In this document: piece by piece, positions 39,801-54,800 of the stretch
How the letters are laid out: every line of letters starts with the position of its first letter
Numbering within the stretch: the stretch's first letter is position 1
Assembly (NCBI RefSeq): GCF_004010195.1
Contig: NC_057719.1
Span: 46,262,021 to 46,326,020, forward strand
DNA: 64,000 nt
Source of the DNA: Chiloscyllium plagiosum
Lineage: Eukaryota
Direction: 5' to 3'
Notes under the pieces: model-generated
Database searches by the model: none
The model's input: the letters and a program-made list of their open reading frames with translations, nothing else
Told to the model about the DNA's origin: nothing
Made by a program: the position numbers and the translations under genes

Positions 39801-42800
39801 TCTTGGGTCCACAATGGCCTTCCAAAGAGCATCCCACACAAACCCACCCCCTACCCCATCCCTGTAACCCTTTATTTCCCATGGCTAATCTACCTAGCCT
39901 GCACATCCCTAGATATTATGGGCAATTTAGCATGGTCAAGCCACCTAATCTACACACCTAATCTAGATTGTGGGAAGAAACCCACGACTGTCTCATGAGA
40001 CAGTCAGTCAGTCTCCTGAGGCTGGAATTGAACCCTGAGGCAGCAGTACCAAGCACTGAGCCACCATGCCACACTCGCAACCAAGAAACCTTGGAGTAAC
40101 CAAGAAAAAGCAGTTTTTAATTTCCTGTTTCTGGATGCTTTGGAAGAAGGTCAGAATGTATTTCTATGAAAGTCCGTTTCATTTTCAAAGCCAACAACTA
40201 CAGAAGCCTGTGCCAAATTTCCCTTTCATAGAACCTAGGTGTCACTGGCAAGGCAGCATCTGTTACCTAGCTCTAATTGCCCCTGAATGGTTTGCAAGCT
40301 ATTTCAGAGGACAGTTAAGAGACAGCTGCATTGCCATGGGTCACAGTCACACATGGTCAAACCAGATAAAGATGGCAGATTTCCTTCCCAAAGGACATTA
40401 ATAAACCCAATGGGTTTTATGACAATTGATGATGGATGGCATGATCATGACAACAAGCTTTATCTTCCAGATTTATTAATAGAATTTAAATTCCATCTGT
40501 CTTGGTAATACTTGAACCCATATTGCAAGATTTCTGTTAATGTCACCAGACTAGAAATCTATTGTGCCATCACAATGCTCTAAAGTTAGCAAGTACATTA
40601 GATTGTCTTCTGCAAGTTGACTGCGGTTTAAAATTTACATTAAGTGAACAAGTATGTGAGACACATATACAGAGCTTACTGTATTTTTTTTGTTTGCTCA
40701 CCTGCCTCATAGAAATAAAGAATTTTCTGGTCAAATGGCAGCATTTATACAAGATATATATCCAATTCACCTCTGAATGTGTCCCGAGTTCCTCAGGATA
40801 CACTAAGCAAAGTACAAAGAAGAGTTCTCTTTCATAATTTCTTGGTCATGCTACTGTTCGTCTAGGTACTGGGCATTGTAGGAACCATAATTTTCATTTA
40901 TACCTTAGTGATTGGTGAGAATAAGCCAGAGAAAATGACAAGTGTAACCCAAAAGCACCATGTGATTTAACATATTGCTATCTTTGTAACTAATAGACTG
41001 CAGTTTTTTCAACGGAAGTGACCAAGAAGTTTTGTTGGGAACTCAGCATAAATAATGTTCAGGGCAGATCGGACCATGTTTTCTGATGTACAAGGTATTA
41101 TGATGGAACCACAGTGAAAACTAAAATGATTGCAAAGTAACCACAATACTTTACGATAACAGCTGATACACTGAATGGATGCCATCAACTTCTCAGAAAA
41201 GATATTTGTTTCTGAAAGCAGGAAGGTACTTTGTAACATAAAGACTGTTTTAATGGATTGTAATCAGATATATCCCAGGCTCATTGATCTAAACGGTCCT
41301 GTCATGGAGAAAAGCGGAGATCCATCCCTCACTAAACCTTGTATTTTTTCCTCAGAGGTTTTATCAAAAATTAAATGTTTTTGTTACAAACATTTTACAT
41401 AGTTTAATACAAAGAAGTTCTGTAACATTTGCATGATAAACACTTAGCAACACTAAGCGCATTAAACAACTAACGTACAAGGATTGTTTTAGTAAACTGT
41501 ATAACTAGATCATTATAGTGCTAGGAGACTAATCATTTACTGGATAGGTCTATAAAATTTGGACCGAAAACCACACAGATAAAATACTTGATAGTGTAAT
41601 ATGCAAACATAGCACTACAATCTACAGTGGTAGGGGTAGGATTATAATACAGATCATTCACCCAACAGATACACAGCAACGTCTATACTCCACTAAAAAC
41701 AACTGAAATCATCTATATTCTCTTTTCGCTCATTTACTTTCCGAAAGCTTATCAGTACTATTTGCTTCAATGACTCTCTATGGCAGAAAGTTTCACATTC
41801 TTACCACTCTTCAGAGGTTTTTTCTGAATTTCCAATTCTCTAATAGAAATCTCAGTGATTCTTGTATCAATGGCCTCTACTAAGCTCTTCCCCAGACATT
41901 GACTCTGCATTCACCCTATCAAAATCTTTCCTAACTTTAAACATCTGTACTTAGTCACCCCTCGGTCTTTTTCTTTCAAGTGAAAAGAAATACAGTTTGC
42001 CAATCCTTTCCTGTGTTGTGGTCAGAGGGCTTGAAGGAGAAATCCCAGAAAACATTTTCTTCTCTTGCATTTGCTTCTGCAGTTTTGTATTTAAATTTAT
42101 TATTTCTTAAATGCTGAGGCTGATACCATAATCAGAAACTTCTAGAAGTATGAACTTGATTGTTTAGATATTTCAACTAGAGCTAACACAAAGCCCTTGC
42201 AGACAAGCCTCCAGTCAGGAGGAAATCATCAAATTGCACTATAATAAAATTGACTCTAATGCTTTTCAGTTACCTCCTCACCATACAAGCAATTCTTTGG
42301 AGGAAGGCAAAGCTACACTGTTAGGTTAAAGTTCTGCCAATTAGCCCACTGAGGTGGGCCACTTGAAAGGCCCTTTTTTGTCACACTGACTGGAATAGGA
42401 GTTTGTTTAAATGCTCATAGGTACAATTACCTGGGTTCAAATCTTACCACAGCAGATGGTGGAATTTGAATCCAACAACAAAATCTTGAATTAAAAATCT
42501 ACAACCACCCATGAAACCATTATCGGACGTCAGAAAAACCCACCTAACGCCCTAATGTTGTTCAGGGAAGAAAATCAGCTGTCTTTATCCGGCCTGGCTA
42601 CATGTAACTCCAGACCCATAGCAATGTGATTGACTAGGAGAAAGTGAGGACTGCAGATGCTGGAGATCAGAGCTGAAAATGTGTGGCTGGAAAAGCGCAG
42701 GAGGTCAGGCAGCATCCAAGGAGCAGGAGAATCGCGTTTCAGGCATGAGAAGAAGGGCTCATGCCCGAAACATCGATTCTCCTGCTCCTTGGATGCTACC

Positions 42801-45800
42801 TGACCTGCTGCGCTTTTCCAGCAACACATTCTCAGCAATGTGGTTGACTCTCAACTACCTTTTATAATGGCCTAACAAACCACTCAATCACTACAAAGTC
42901 TCAACAAAGAAATTAAACTGGACGGACCAGCTAGCATCAACATTAACACTAGAAAAGACATCAGCAAAAACAGCCCTATCAACCCTTAAAAGTCTTCCTT
43001 AGTAACATGTGGGGGCTAGTGCCAAAATTGGGAGAGTTATCCCTCAAACTAGTCAAGCAAGAGCTTGACATCATCATACTCATGGAATCATACCTTAATG
43101 TCCCAGACATCATCACCACTGGATATGATCTCACCTAGTTCACGCCTTGTGCAATGTAGCCTGTATGCCTCTAAGTCTTTTTGATCTGCTTGTAAACAAA
43201 GCTTTTCACTGTACCTCTTCATGAAGTGAAAAGTGGGGATTTTTACCAATGCTTGGCACTGAACATTGTGTATTCATGACTCCTCAGAAACTACAGCAGT
43301 CCGTGTTTAAATGCAATAATATTCGGTCAATATATAGGCTTAGCCTTACAAGTGGCAAGTAACATTCATGCCAAGCAATGACCATCTCCAGTAAGAGACA
43401 AACAAATGCCCTTTATCATTCAATTGTGCTACCTTCACTGAATTTTCCTCACTAGCAACATCATTGGGAGTTACCACTGACCAGAAATACAACTGCGCTT
43501 GCCACAAACACGTCACTACAAGAGCAGGTCACAGGCTAGGAATACTGCAATGCGTAACTCACCGCCTGATCCCTCAAAACCTGTTTCAGTCTAAAAGGCA
43601 CAAGTTAGGAGTGCGATGCAATACTGCCCACTTGCCTGGATGAGTGAAGCTCCTATAATACTTCAAAGCTTGACAACATCCAGGACAAAGCAGCCCAGTT
43701 GATTGGCACCACATCCACAAACATTGACTCACTCCATCACCAATGCTCAATAGTAGCTGTGTACTATTTACAAGATGCACTGCAGAAATTCACCAAAGAT
43801 CCTTAGACAGAAGCACAAACACTAATCTAAGATGACAGGGCAAAAGATACATGGGAACAGCACCCCCTACAAGTTCCCTCCAAGCCACTCACCATCCTGA
43901 CTGGCAAATAGATGACTTTCTTCACTGTCACTGGGTCAAAATCCCAAGGGTTTTGAGGGTCAACCTATAGCAGATGAACTGCAGAGGTTCAAGAAGGTAG
44001 CTCACCAAAATGTTTGGGGATATATCAAAATCAAAATACATGCCAAAAATATAGGTAAAAACAATGACTGCAGATGCTGGAAACCAGATTTTGGATTAGT
44101 GGTGCTGGAAAAGCACAGCAGTTCAGACAGCATCTGAGGAGCAGTAAAATCGACGTTTCGGGCAAAAGCCCTTCATCAGGAATACCCTTCAGGCACTCTG
44201 ACTGTATTCCTGATGAAGGGCTTTTGCCCGAAACGTCGATTTTACTGCTCTAAAAATATAGGGCCTAGTGAGAGTGAGGAACTGAAGGAAATCAATATTA
44301 ATAATGAAGTGCTGTTAGAGAAACTGATGAGATTAAAGGTCGATAAAAACCCCAGGGCCTGATAATATACATCCCAGAGTACATCAGGAAATGACCCTAG
44401 AAGTAGCAGGTGCACAAGTGGTTACCTTTCAAGATTCTATAGACTCTGGAACATTTCCCATGGATTGGCAGGTAGCTAATGACAAAAATGGAGGTGTAGA
44501 GAAAACAGGAATTACAGATCAGTTAGCCTGACATCAGTAGTGGGAAAATTGCCAGCAATTATTATAAAAGATATTAGAGCAAAACACTTTAAAGACAGAA
44601 TTGGACAGAGTCAGCATGAATTTACGAAAGGGAAATCATGCTTGACAATCTACTGGAATTTTGAAAGGATGTAATCATTTGAGTTGATAAAGGGGAATGT
44701 GGTTTACTTGGACTTTCAGAAGGCTTTCAATAAGATCTCATATAAAATTTAAGCATTTGAGATTCGGGGTAGTATGCTAACATGAGAGAGTATTAGTTGG
44801 CAGATAGACTACAACAAGTAGGTATAAGCAGGTTTATTTCGGAGTGACACATGATGTCCAGTAAGTATCAGTACTTGGACTCCAGTCACTTACAATATGT
44901 ATTAATGATTTAGATGAGGGAACTAAATGGTAATACCTCAAAGTTTGTAGATGATACGAAGCTAGGTGGGAGGGAAAACTATGGGGAGAATGCAGAGATG
45001 CTTCAGTGTGGTTTTGACAATTTTATTGAGTGAGCAAAAGCATGGCAGATGGCGTATAAAATGGATAAATGGGAGATTCATTTTGCAAAATTATTCACAT
45101 CACATTAATAGATGGGCACTGATTATGATGGAGGACAAATTGGCTGTTCTGTTTTGAACTGTTGTGTAATGTTAGTAAAAAGGAGGCAGATTATTATCTG
45201 AAAAGCAATGATTAGGAAAGGGAAAAGTGCTTCAAGACCTGATTGTGCATGTACACCAGTCATTGAAAATAATCACGAAAGTGCAGCAGGCATTGAAAGC
45301 AAGTGGTACAACACTGTTCACAGCAAGAAAAGCCTTGCTGCATGCACCTGGAATATTACGTGCAGTCTTGGTTCCATTATCTGAAGAATGACATTCTGGT
45401 TGTGGAGGGAACACAACAAAGGCTTACCAGACTGATTTCCTGGAATGGCAGGATTGATGTAAGAAGAAAGATCGGTCAGGACTATATTCACTGGAGTTCA
45501 GGAGAATGGGAAGGGATCGCATGGAAACGATAAAATTCCAACATAATTAGACAAGGTAAACACAGGATGGATGTTTCAGATGACTAGGGGGTCCAGTTCA
45601 AGGATACAGGGTAGTCCACGTAAGCCTGAGAGGAGGAGAAATCGCTTCACCTAGAGAATGAAGAGCCTGTGGAATTCTCTGCTAAAGACAGCTGTTGAGG
45701 GAAAAACATTGAATGTTTTCATGAAGTTAAATGGGCTTAGGTTAGTCCACAGGTGCACACAACATCGAGGGCCGAAGGGCCTGTTCTGTGTTGTATTGTT

Positions 45801-48800
45801 CTATGTTCTATGATCTAAAGGGACCAGAGCATATAGTTTAGAAAGTGGGAAAATTGAACGGAGTTGGATGATCAGCCATGATCTTATTGAATGGCGTGAC
45901 TTTATGAAAGGTTGAATGAAATACTTCTGCATCCAATTTTTATGTTTCTGAGACTCCCAAATTTTACAAGAGTGTTCACTAGTTCTCTTGGAGACACCCT
46001 TTCCAAACAGACCATTCAGGATCTTATATACGCCAATCAAATTACTGCTCAGTCCTTTAAGCTTCAGGGAAACCAGCCTAGTCTATTCAAGCCTCTCATA
46101 CCAGGTGTCAGTTTAGTAAACTTTCTCTGAACCTTCTGCAATTCACACTGCTACACCATTATTTTTCATCAGTACTCCATGCTAGTCTTACTTGGAAAAC
46201 ATAGATAAAAACAAATAAAAGGTGGTGCGCTTCAGAATGTACGAAGGATGTTCTTAGTCAATATTAATAGAAGCAGAGTACAGAGAATGAAGTTTATATT
46301 ACCACCAAGACCAATATAAAACATGCCATTGATTGCCTAAAGCATAACTTTTGGGTTCTATACTGATCAGTGGGTGCATGACAAGCTCAAGGTCTTCAAA
46401 GTATTCACGAGGATCGGCTGATTCCGCAGTTTTGCTCTATAAATAGTCCTGCCAATGCAGAAACAGCAGATTCCAGAAGGTATAACAATATGGAAAGAAG
46501 ACAGTGAAAATGAAGTGATAACGCCTAAAACACAAATGTAGCCCAGAAAAAGGCACTGGGACAAAATATATATTTGGTTAAAAAACCTCAAATGTCACTT
46601 TCAGGAACTCTCCTTTGTGTATGTATAAAAGTGGTTCAAACCAAAACAGTCAATTCTTCTTCCAAAATCAATGCCCATCCATTAATGTGGTGTAGAATAA
46701 TTTTGCACCATGGCAAAACATACAAATGAAGCACGAATACACTGAATTGAGTAATATATGAACGATATTCATCATTCAGTTGCATATTTAATCCACCATT
46801 CTATTAAAGAAATACAAAAGAATGTGGAAAGAATGAATGCACTGGCTATTTTTAAAGCAGAGGCATAAAAGTTCCATTGAGTATAAAAATCCAACTGGCT
46901 CATTAGGGTCCTGCACACCTTCAGACAAGAACAAAGTAAGATAGAGCACTGCACACATCTTTATTACCAGTATAATCTAAATTTAACATTTTAAAACATG
47001 TTATCTAAACCTTGCGTATATTTCGTTAATTTAGTATATCAATGGGTTTTTGCCTGTATCTTTCAACTATCTCCAGATTCACACAATATTCTAACATAAT
47101 ACAACTATTTCACAACTAGTTAGTAAGGTTAATAAATCAACGCTGCTTTTTTAAAAACTTATATCTCAATTTTAGAAGCTTTAATCTATCGTAAAGTAAG
47201 AATGAATGACTAATTTATCATAACTGCATCTGGATCAGTTACATAAATAAGCAATGTATATGGCATCTTCACAATTACTCTTTTCTGTAGCTCATGAGAA
47301 CAATTGAATAATTCTTTTCACTGACTGACATTTCGCAAGCCAAATGATGCATAAACATCAAGTGCCCAAACTCATTTTAAAAATTAAAGTTCAGTGGAAG
47401 TTATGAATATCAGTTAATTGCTGGAGTAAAATCACAACTGTACACCAGACTAAGGTTTAAAACCTCTAGGAACTACAAGTCATTAATTATGACAAGTAAA
47501 GTTCCACATTCATACTGTTTGAAATGAATGCAATTAACTCCAGACCCAAAGCTGACTCATAACTGTCCTCTGGACAACAAGAGATAAACAATAAATGCTG
47601 GCCTAGCCAGCAAACCAACCATTTACATTTAAAAAAGAGGGTCTGTGTAGACACAAACAGAATTAGCATTTTGAATCTAATATGACTCTTCAGAACTCCA
47701 GTTCAAGTTGGGCTGAAAATGGAATTTCATGGAGAGAGTGGAGCTCATTGCAGAGCTGTAGACAATGGGCTTTTGTCTCTCCAATATTTCACTAAAAAAA
47801 GCAACTCATTTAAGAGTGTCTCAGAATACACTCTGAAAGTTTGTCAGTCAGAATGAACACTAATTACAGTAAAAGTAACGCAAACTCAAAGAAAAGTAAA
47901 ACCAGAAGAGGCATGAAGAAAAAAACGGATCGAGCATAAGAAAATAAATGAGGAAGAAATTCAAGAAAAAAGGGGAAAAAAACAAGGAAACCAGAAAAGT
48001 AAAAGCAAGGAAGTAAAGAATAATGGCAAAAAATTCTGGTTGAGAATTATCCTTTGTCCTATAGTTATGACTTAATGTCCCAGTTTCACCTTTTCATGCT
48101 TTCTTATCATGTATACCACAAAGCAGTTTCTCATGGATCTCCTTTCAGGACTAACTGCTTCAAGTGTTCTTTATTCCTCACTTCACTGGGGGCAGGTTTC
48201 ACTTCAAGAGCTTTCCTGAAGTGTTAATGAACAGAATTGGACAAAGGTGTCATATGACATTTTCCCTACTTGTAAGAAAAACTTCAACTCACCTGCACTT
48301 CACTGCACTTTCTATTGTTCCACCTACTTAATTACATCAAACTCATTTTTAAGTTTCTGGCAACTTTCGCATTCACCTTCTATTTTTCGTGTATGATCAC
48401 TGCTTGGATTTTGGTTCCCAGGTCGGATGTGCACATTCTGGAGAATTCCCAGTTCAGTGAAGCTGTTTGTTAAAGACGGCTTCCCGCAGTGCCGATTTCC
48501 AGTGAAAGGGAGCTCGTTTCAGGATTTGGGACAAGTGACCCCAAAAGAACAATGAAGGCCACTGGTGTGGGGGCAGATTGGTGAAATCAATGTCCACTTA
48601 TCAAAACATGCTGTTCATTTCTAAACACATGCCATTAAACACTTCAGTTAATCAATAAATGTTTGTGCAGTGATGGAACAGGTGCTTTGAAATGAGATAC
48701 TTACATGCCTGTATTTTTGATAATTCGACCTTGGTCCATTTTTTGTCCTATTCCATGTACAACAAAAACTATATGAGTAGGGAGTGGAGGTTTGTCTTCA

Positions 48801-51800
48801 AGTGAAGACTCTTCTACATATCCTCTATGAAGTCTAGTTCCACTACTTGATGCTGCATTGACAAAAAACACATTCTTGTGTATAAACAGATGTATGCATA
48901 GTTGCAACATTGAGAAATTTGGCATGTAAAACAAAGAAGCATTTTGCAAACAACAAAGTTGTATGGTAACTATGTCAAATTTTAAGTGGTAAAATTACTC
49001 TACAAATCTGGCAAATTATGCATACTTTGAAAAAAATCGATTCAGTAAAACACCATTAAAAAAGTTCTGATCTATTTAATTTCTAAAATTTCTTCCCTTC
49101 TGCATTTTCCCAATGTTGTCTGTAGCAGTAGAACATCTTATGATTTCACTGGAAGGCTAGATAATATGATGTGCCTTCATGAGATCGACAATGCATTTCC
49201 TGGGTTATGCACTTCAAAATGTTAGAGCAATGCCTTTCCAACAATGTGCCTTTGGTGTTCATGCTACTGATCTTCAGTGAAATCACACTAGTCAGAAGAG
49301 GTCTGAATCTCACCTGATTTCAATGGGATTTCTAACAAATTGTTAATTATAAGACAGCCAATTCATATAAAAAAAACTCTAAGCTGCTGTGCCTCAATTT
49401 TCCAGTACATTCATTATTTCTATCAAAACAGACCAATAGATCTAATGCCTCTATTATGCCACATTGAACTGTTACAATATCATTTGTGATAGTTCATCAA
49501 TAAACACCATGAATTTTTTTTCTGGATAGACCAAATTTTTTTAAAAGTTTAACCTGGTTTTCTAATCAACCTGTTCAGGGATGTTTTGCACACCTCTGGA
49601 GTAGCTGGGATTTGAGTTCAAGGCTGAGCCCAGGGGTAGGGACACTACGCACAAGAGGGTATGCAGGAAGAGAGTTTGGATTGAGGTTGCAGGTACTGTA
49701 ATTCACTACCAACTGAACAGCTTAGGCTAGAAACAGTTAAGTTGATGAATCCAGCCAGCGTTTAGCTTTATAACTTACATTTGCAAAATGATATATCATC
49801 AATACAAAAATCATATGTCATCATACTAATATTACAGGTACTGTTTGACTCAAGTTTGAGTATGACACACGGTAAAAATATTAATTGCAAACTAGGTATA
49901 ATGAAATAGACAGCAGTCATGCAAAATGCTTTTGAGAACAGTACCTTTAGAAAATCCCAACTTCTGGGTAACTGTTCTGGCAATTTTGGATGTGGTTGCG
50001 TCACTGTACAGGTAAACTTCATCCACACTATACCAGTCCACATGGTTGCGTCTGAGCTTTAAACTATGTATAGCTGCGGCCAATAAACACTTCATATGTT
50101 AATAAAACACAGGACACAGATTTATCTGCTCACTATAAAGCTGGCACGTAGAACATTTAGCTTTTTTATACTGAGAAAAGCGTTCAAAATGCATGAAGTG
50201 ATTAAGTGACAATTCAAATCTAGAAGTTTATTAGTAAATAAAATAGACAAGGAGGAGCACTACATGAATTGTTAAATACTTCCAGGTTTCTTGCACAATT
50301 AAATTGCTTTGTTCTTCAGCAGTTTCGTGGCTGATGGGAGCAAAGTCAGATAACAGAACAAAAACAAATCTGAAAAACAGACCAGTCACAGCCACATAAC
50401 TAATCCTCTACATACTGTACACATACAAAACTCATTGTGGATGTGCTTGGTGGTGGTATGGGATCGACAAATTAAGACTGAAGAGACAAAAGTCTCTTGC
50501 AGTAGAACACCATAATTTACAGACAAGTAATGAATATGTCGCAAATAAGTTACTGATGACAACTTGTGCAAAGGAAGTGTGTTTCAGTACATAATGGAGC
50601 TGTCTAATTCTTTCAAAGCCTTAATGATAGCATAAAATGTCTATCTGTTCAGTCAGTTTACAAGACCAGCCATAAACAAATTCCAACTTAATAGTATCAG
50701 TAACGTTGACCAATTATAAACATTCCTGGATGAACAGTTCATGATGTGCAACTCTTAATTTCAGTAATTTACTTGCTAATTCTATAATCCTGTAGCAAAG
50801 TTAGTATTGATGATTTAAACATGCACTAAAAGCCAAACTGCATGCATTAATCTATCTGGCAGCCACAACTCCCTAAAGGTTGCAAATAAGGCACATTAAA
50901 TAATGATTTTACCCAGGTTTTCTATGGACACTTCTAATGAAAGAGTGGGGAAATAATTCAAATTCAAGAACAATCTTACTCTGGGTACCACTGCAGATTC
51001 AAGTCAGGAGAGAGTAAATGCAACTTGAAAAGCTCTTCTAATCAATAACAAAGCTGTTACAGAGTAATCGGTACTATACCTTGGCAATACTTTCTTTTGT
51101 TACATGCAGTGTCAGTACTTTCCTTAAAGCGTCTCCATTTGAACAGAAAAGGAAGGTAGAAGGGAGGGAATTGGTAAAAGACTAACAAAGTAATAAAAGT
51201 GAGCTTCATGGATTTTGTGATAATTCAAATGATCTTCACAGTAAGGTCTCAAAATCAAAATATATTCTGCGCTTTCTGGTAATTAAAATGTTCTACTTCC
51301 ACCATATTGGTGAACCTGTGTAGTATTCCTGATTTAATTCTAAGGAAGTCATTAAAATATTAAATACAAATTATATCTTGCCTACAAATGAGAAGAGACA
51401 CAATTTGACATTTGCTTCATAATCGATAATATTTGACTTTTTAACACCTATTCTAATAGCATAATGTCATCACATTACGATTTTAATTATGCAATTTCCA
51501 CCAAAAGTCCAGACACATTTTTAACAAGTTATACAATTGTTAATATCAGAATTCCATTAGTCTCAGCTTTTTAAAATAAAATGCAGCAAGAAATCAGATA
51601 ATCAGCACACCAATGGCTCAAATTTGAAATAAAAACACATCATTTACCTCCATTTCAAATTCTGAAAATAGCTGTTGTTTAAAGGAAGGTAATTCAACAG
51701 CTTCTTACTCAAAACCAGAATGAGTGAATAAAATTCAAATGCTTGACAAAAAGTACTAGCCTGTTCAGTTAGAATACTTTATTTAAGGTTATCCAATTAC

Positions 51801-54800
51801 TCAGTATTTTCTTTCAATTTCAACAGCAGCCAGGCCTCCAGACATAAACCTTCGCTTCTGCCCGTTTTGTTCATCTCAAATGGAAAAAATAACCACAAGT
51901 CTCGGAATACAATCAATTTAATGACTGTCAGCGAAAGCGATTTGAAAAACAGAATACCAAGTATTAAGATTGACTATCTCCTCATCCCAAAAACCAACTT
52001 ATATGACTTTTCACCTTTTATGGTTTCCTAGGTTCACATTTTTATACATTCAGAAGATAGGCAGTGACTTCAAAGAAAGACAATTTCTTTGAATGACATA
52101 TCAGACCATTGATGACTAGAAAAAAATTGTATTAATTTGGCTTGAACCTGCTCATCTCAGTTTTAAATTAATTGCTCTTCACTTGAAATTCTGTCCCCTT
52201 TCAGCCAAGTCATTTTGACAATTTTTATCTAATTGATAAATCAGAAGAAACTAGATTTTACAACTTGAGACCAATACAAGTATAGATGACTGAGTAATTC
52301 TTCTCCACCCCATAAATGCCTGCCATATTCAATTAATTGTAATAGGTTATTCCCTATTTGCAATAACTTACAGGTCCATAGCACTTTGTGTTCCTCTCTT
52401 CCCAATTCAACAGCTTCAAGGTAGGCTACTACAGAAGTAACCTTAATTAAAACCTTAACGTTTGTGGAATGATCAAGGAGAGTCTGGTTTTGCATATTTG
52501 CTGCTTATCAAATAGAATCTATCAGTGGGGGATCTTTTAATAGATCACCTTTCTTGCACTGGATTTAAATTTCTCTTTTGGTTTCCAGACCTTTTGTGAT
52601 AAGGAAAGAAACAGGATCAACGTAATCCGTTCAGCTACTGCCCCAGAATACTCTCAATCATCAGCAAGCAGCACTTATGTAGCAATAGCCAAGCTTAGTA
52701 TGGATTCCATCAGGATAACTTCACTCCAGACCTCATTACAGCCTTGATCTTAATGGGGCAAATTCTAGAGGTGAGGGGAGAATGAATGCCTTCAACATCA
52801 AAAAGACTGTTCATTAAGTGTTGCGTCAAGGAGTCCAAGTAAACGTGATATCAATAAAAATCAGGCTGTTTGAAGCGATAGGGCATATTGATGTGGTTAA
52901 TGCAGACTAATAATTTCATCTCAAAGTATCCCAAAAGGAGTTGTTTAGGGCAATGGCTAAGACTGCATCAACAGTCTTCTTTTCAACAAAAGATTAGAAG
53001 TGGGGATTTTCGTATCGGTTGCAAGTCCGCATAATAACCCTCATTACAAGCATGTCTTTGAATGTCAACCACTGATGGCTAGACATTTCCCTGCCAAATT
53101 CCCCCCACTCAGCATTCTGAGACTCACCAATGACCAGAGGTATAACGGGCCAAGGCATAGAAACAGTGTGGCTATAAGTGGAGGTCAGAAGTTAAGTATT
53201 TGGTGATGACTTCCTAAAATCTAGCCACCATATTTAAGGCACATATTTGAAGTGTCATGCAACGCTCACTTGCTGAACAAATATAACTCCAACAATAATC
53301 GAGAAACTTGACACAATTCAGTTCAAAGCAGCCACATTGGTTCACAACCCATCTATCCCCATAACCATTCACTTGCTGTACCATTAAGTATAATCTACAA
53401 GTGGCACTGCAGCAACTTGCCAAGTATTCTTCATCAATACATTTGAAGTCTGCTGCCTAAAAAAACAAGAACAGCGGGTGCATTGAAACATGAATTAAGT
53501 TGCTTTCTCTCCAAGTTACAAATGCTGACTAGGAAATACAACCTTTGTTTTTCAATGTCGATATTAAAAATCCTAGAACTCCCTCAACAGTACTATGAAA
53601 GTATCTTCACATATGACTGCAGTACATATGAAAGTTTGTTCATCACCCCATTATGAAGGGCTTTTACGAATGGGCAAAAAAAAAAGGCTTGTATTGTCAG
53701 TGAAGCCCAAATTTCATGAATAAATTTTTAAAAATTATTAGCAAGTCACATTTATGCATTGTATACCAGCTGGATGAATCTTCCATTACAAGTGTCACTT
53801 TCTCATATTTTGTGTGACCACCCATTTTTGAGGTGGTCATTTTGTACTTGCCTGCTGCTTTGTCCTATGTTTTTCATTTTATGCTAATGCACACTCCTCC
53901 TGTTCCAACATCCTGGGCAGCACCCCGCTTCATGTGTTTCACCAGCAAAACTTAACTCCCACTCTTATAGCACTTCATGTTAATATCCCTTACTTTTTGT
54001 TCCTGGAGAATTGGTCACTTTTTTACTCAAGATACTTCATTTTAATCATTTGCATAACACTGAATTTTGGCTAGATAACCTGTTGGATGAAGTGCCCTCT
54101 GGCTTGGCACACTATAAATGGAGCTGGAAAAGCCGCTATTCCAGATGAAGGACTTTTGCCTGAAATGTTGATTTTCCTGCTCCTCGGATGCTGCCTGACC
54201 TGCTGTGCTTTTCCAGCACCACTCTGATCTAAAACTGATTTCCAGCATCTGCAGTCCTCACTTTTGCCACATTACAAATGGAGTCAGTAATTTAAGAAAA
54301 AAAAGCATTTAAAAAACTAATTCGCTTTTTAAGCAGTGATCTGCATACTGGAATCCCAAATGATTCTATATTGCTTTCCAGACAAGTTGCATTTTTTTCT
54401 TATTGTTAAAGCCAATCCACTCATGGTTTAAAGGAATGTCCCAAGCAGTTACTGCTTTCCATCAGCATGTAGTGCCTCTGTCCAATCTGAAATTCAATTG
54501 TTGATTTTCAGAAAGATAACTTATGGCATTATTTGTACATCAACACTAATTAATTGTCTATTTTGCTGTGTTCAAAATTCTTCATTTTGTTTATTACTTC
54601 ACCAACCATCTCCCTCTTAATTTCCTTCCCTAGCTCTTGCAAGGTGTCAACAGAAGTTGAGATATGAATACATTGAGATATTGGAGGGTTAGAAACAAAC
54701 AAGTGACCAGACTATATAAGCCTAAGCAGACTAGCGGAGAACTATAACTGAACCTTTTGAAAACCTAGAGACACTGATGTTATTTGAAGCATCCTTACAA

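Larger units (their letters stand above)
44056..44251. mobile_element. PLE-derived fold-back mini-element with two opposed hammerhead cores
   Basis: Perfect 47-bp inverted arms 44139-44185 / 44204-44250; TSD aaaaatatagg 44045-44055 / 44252-44262. Confidence 0.9.
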
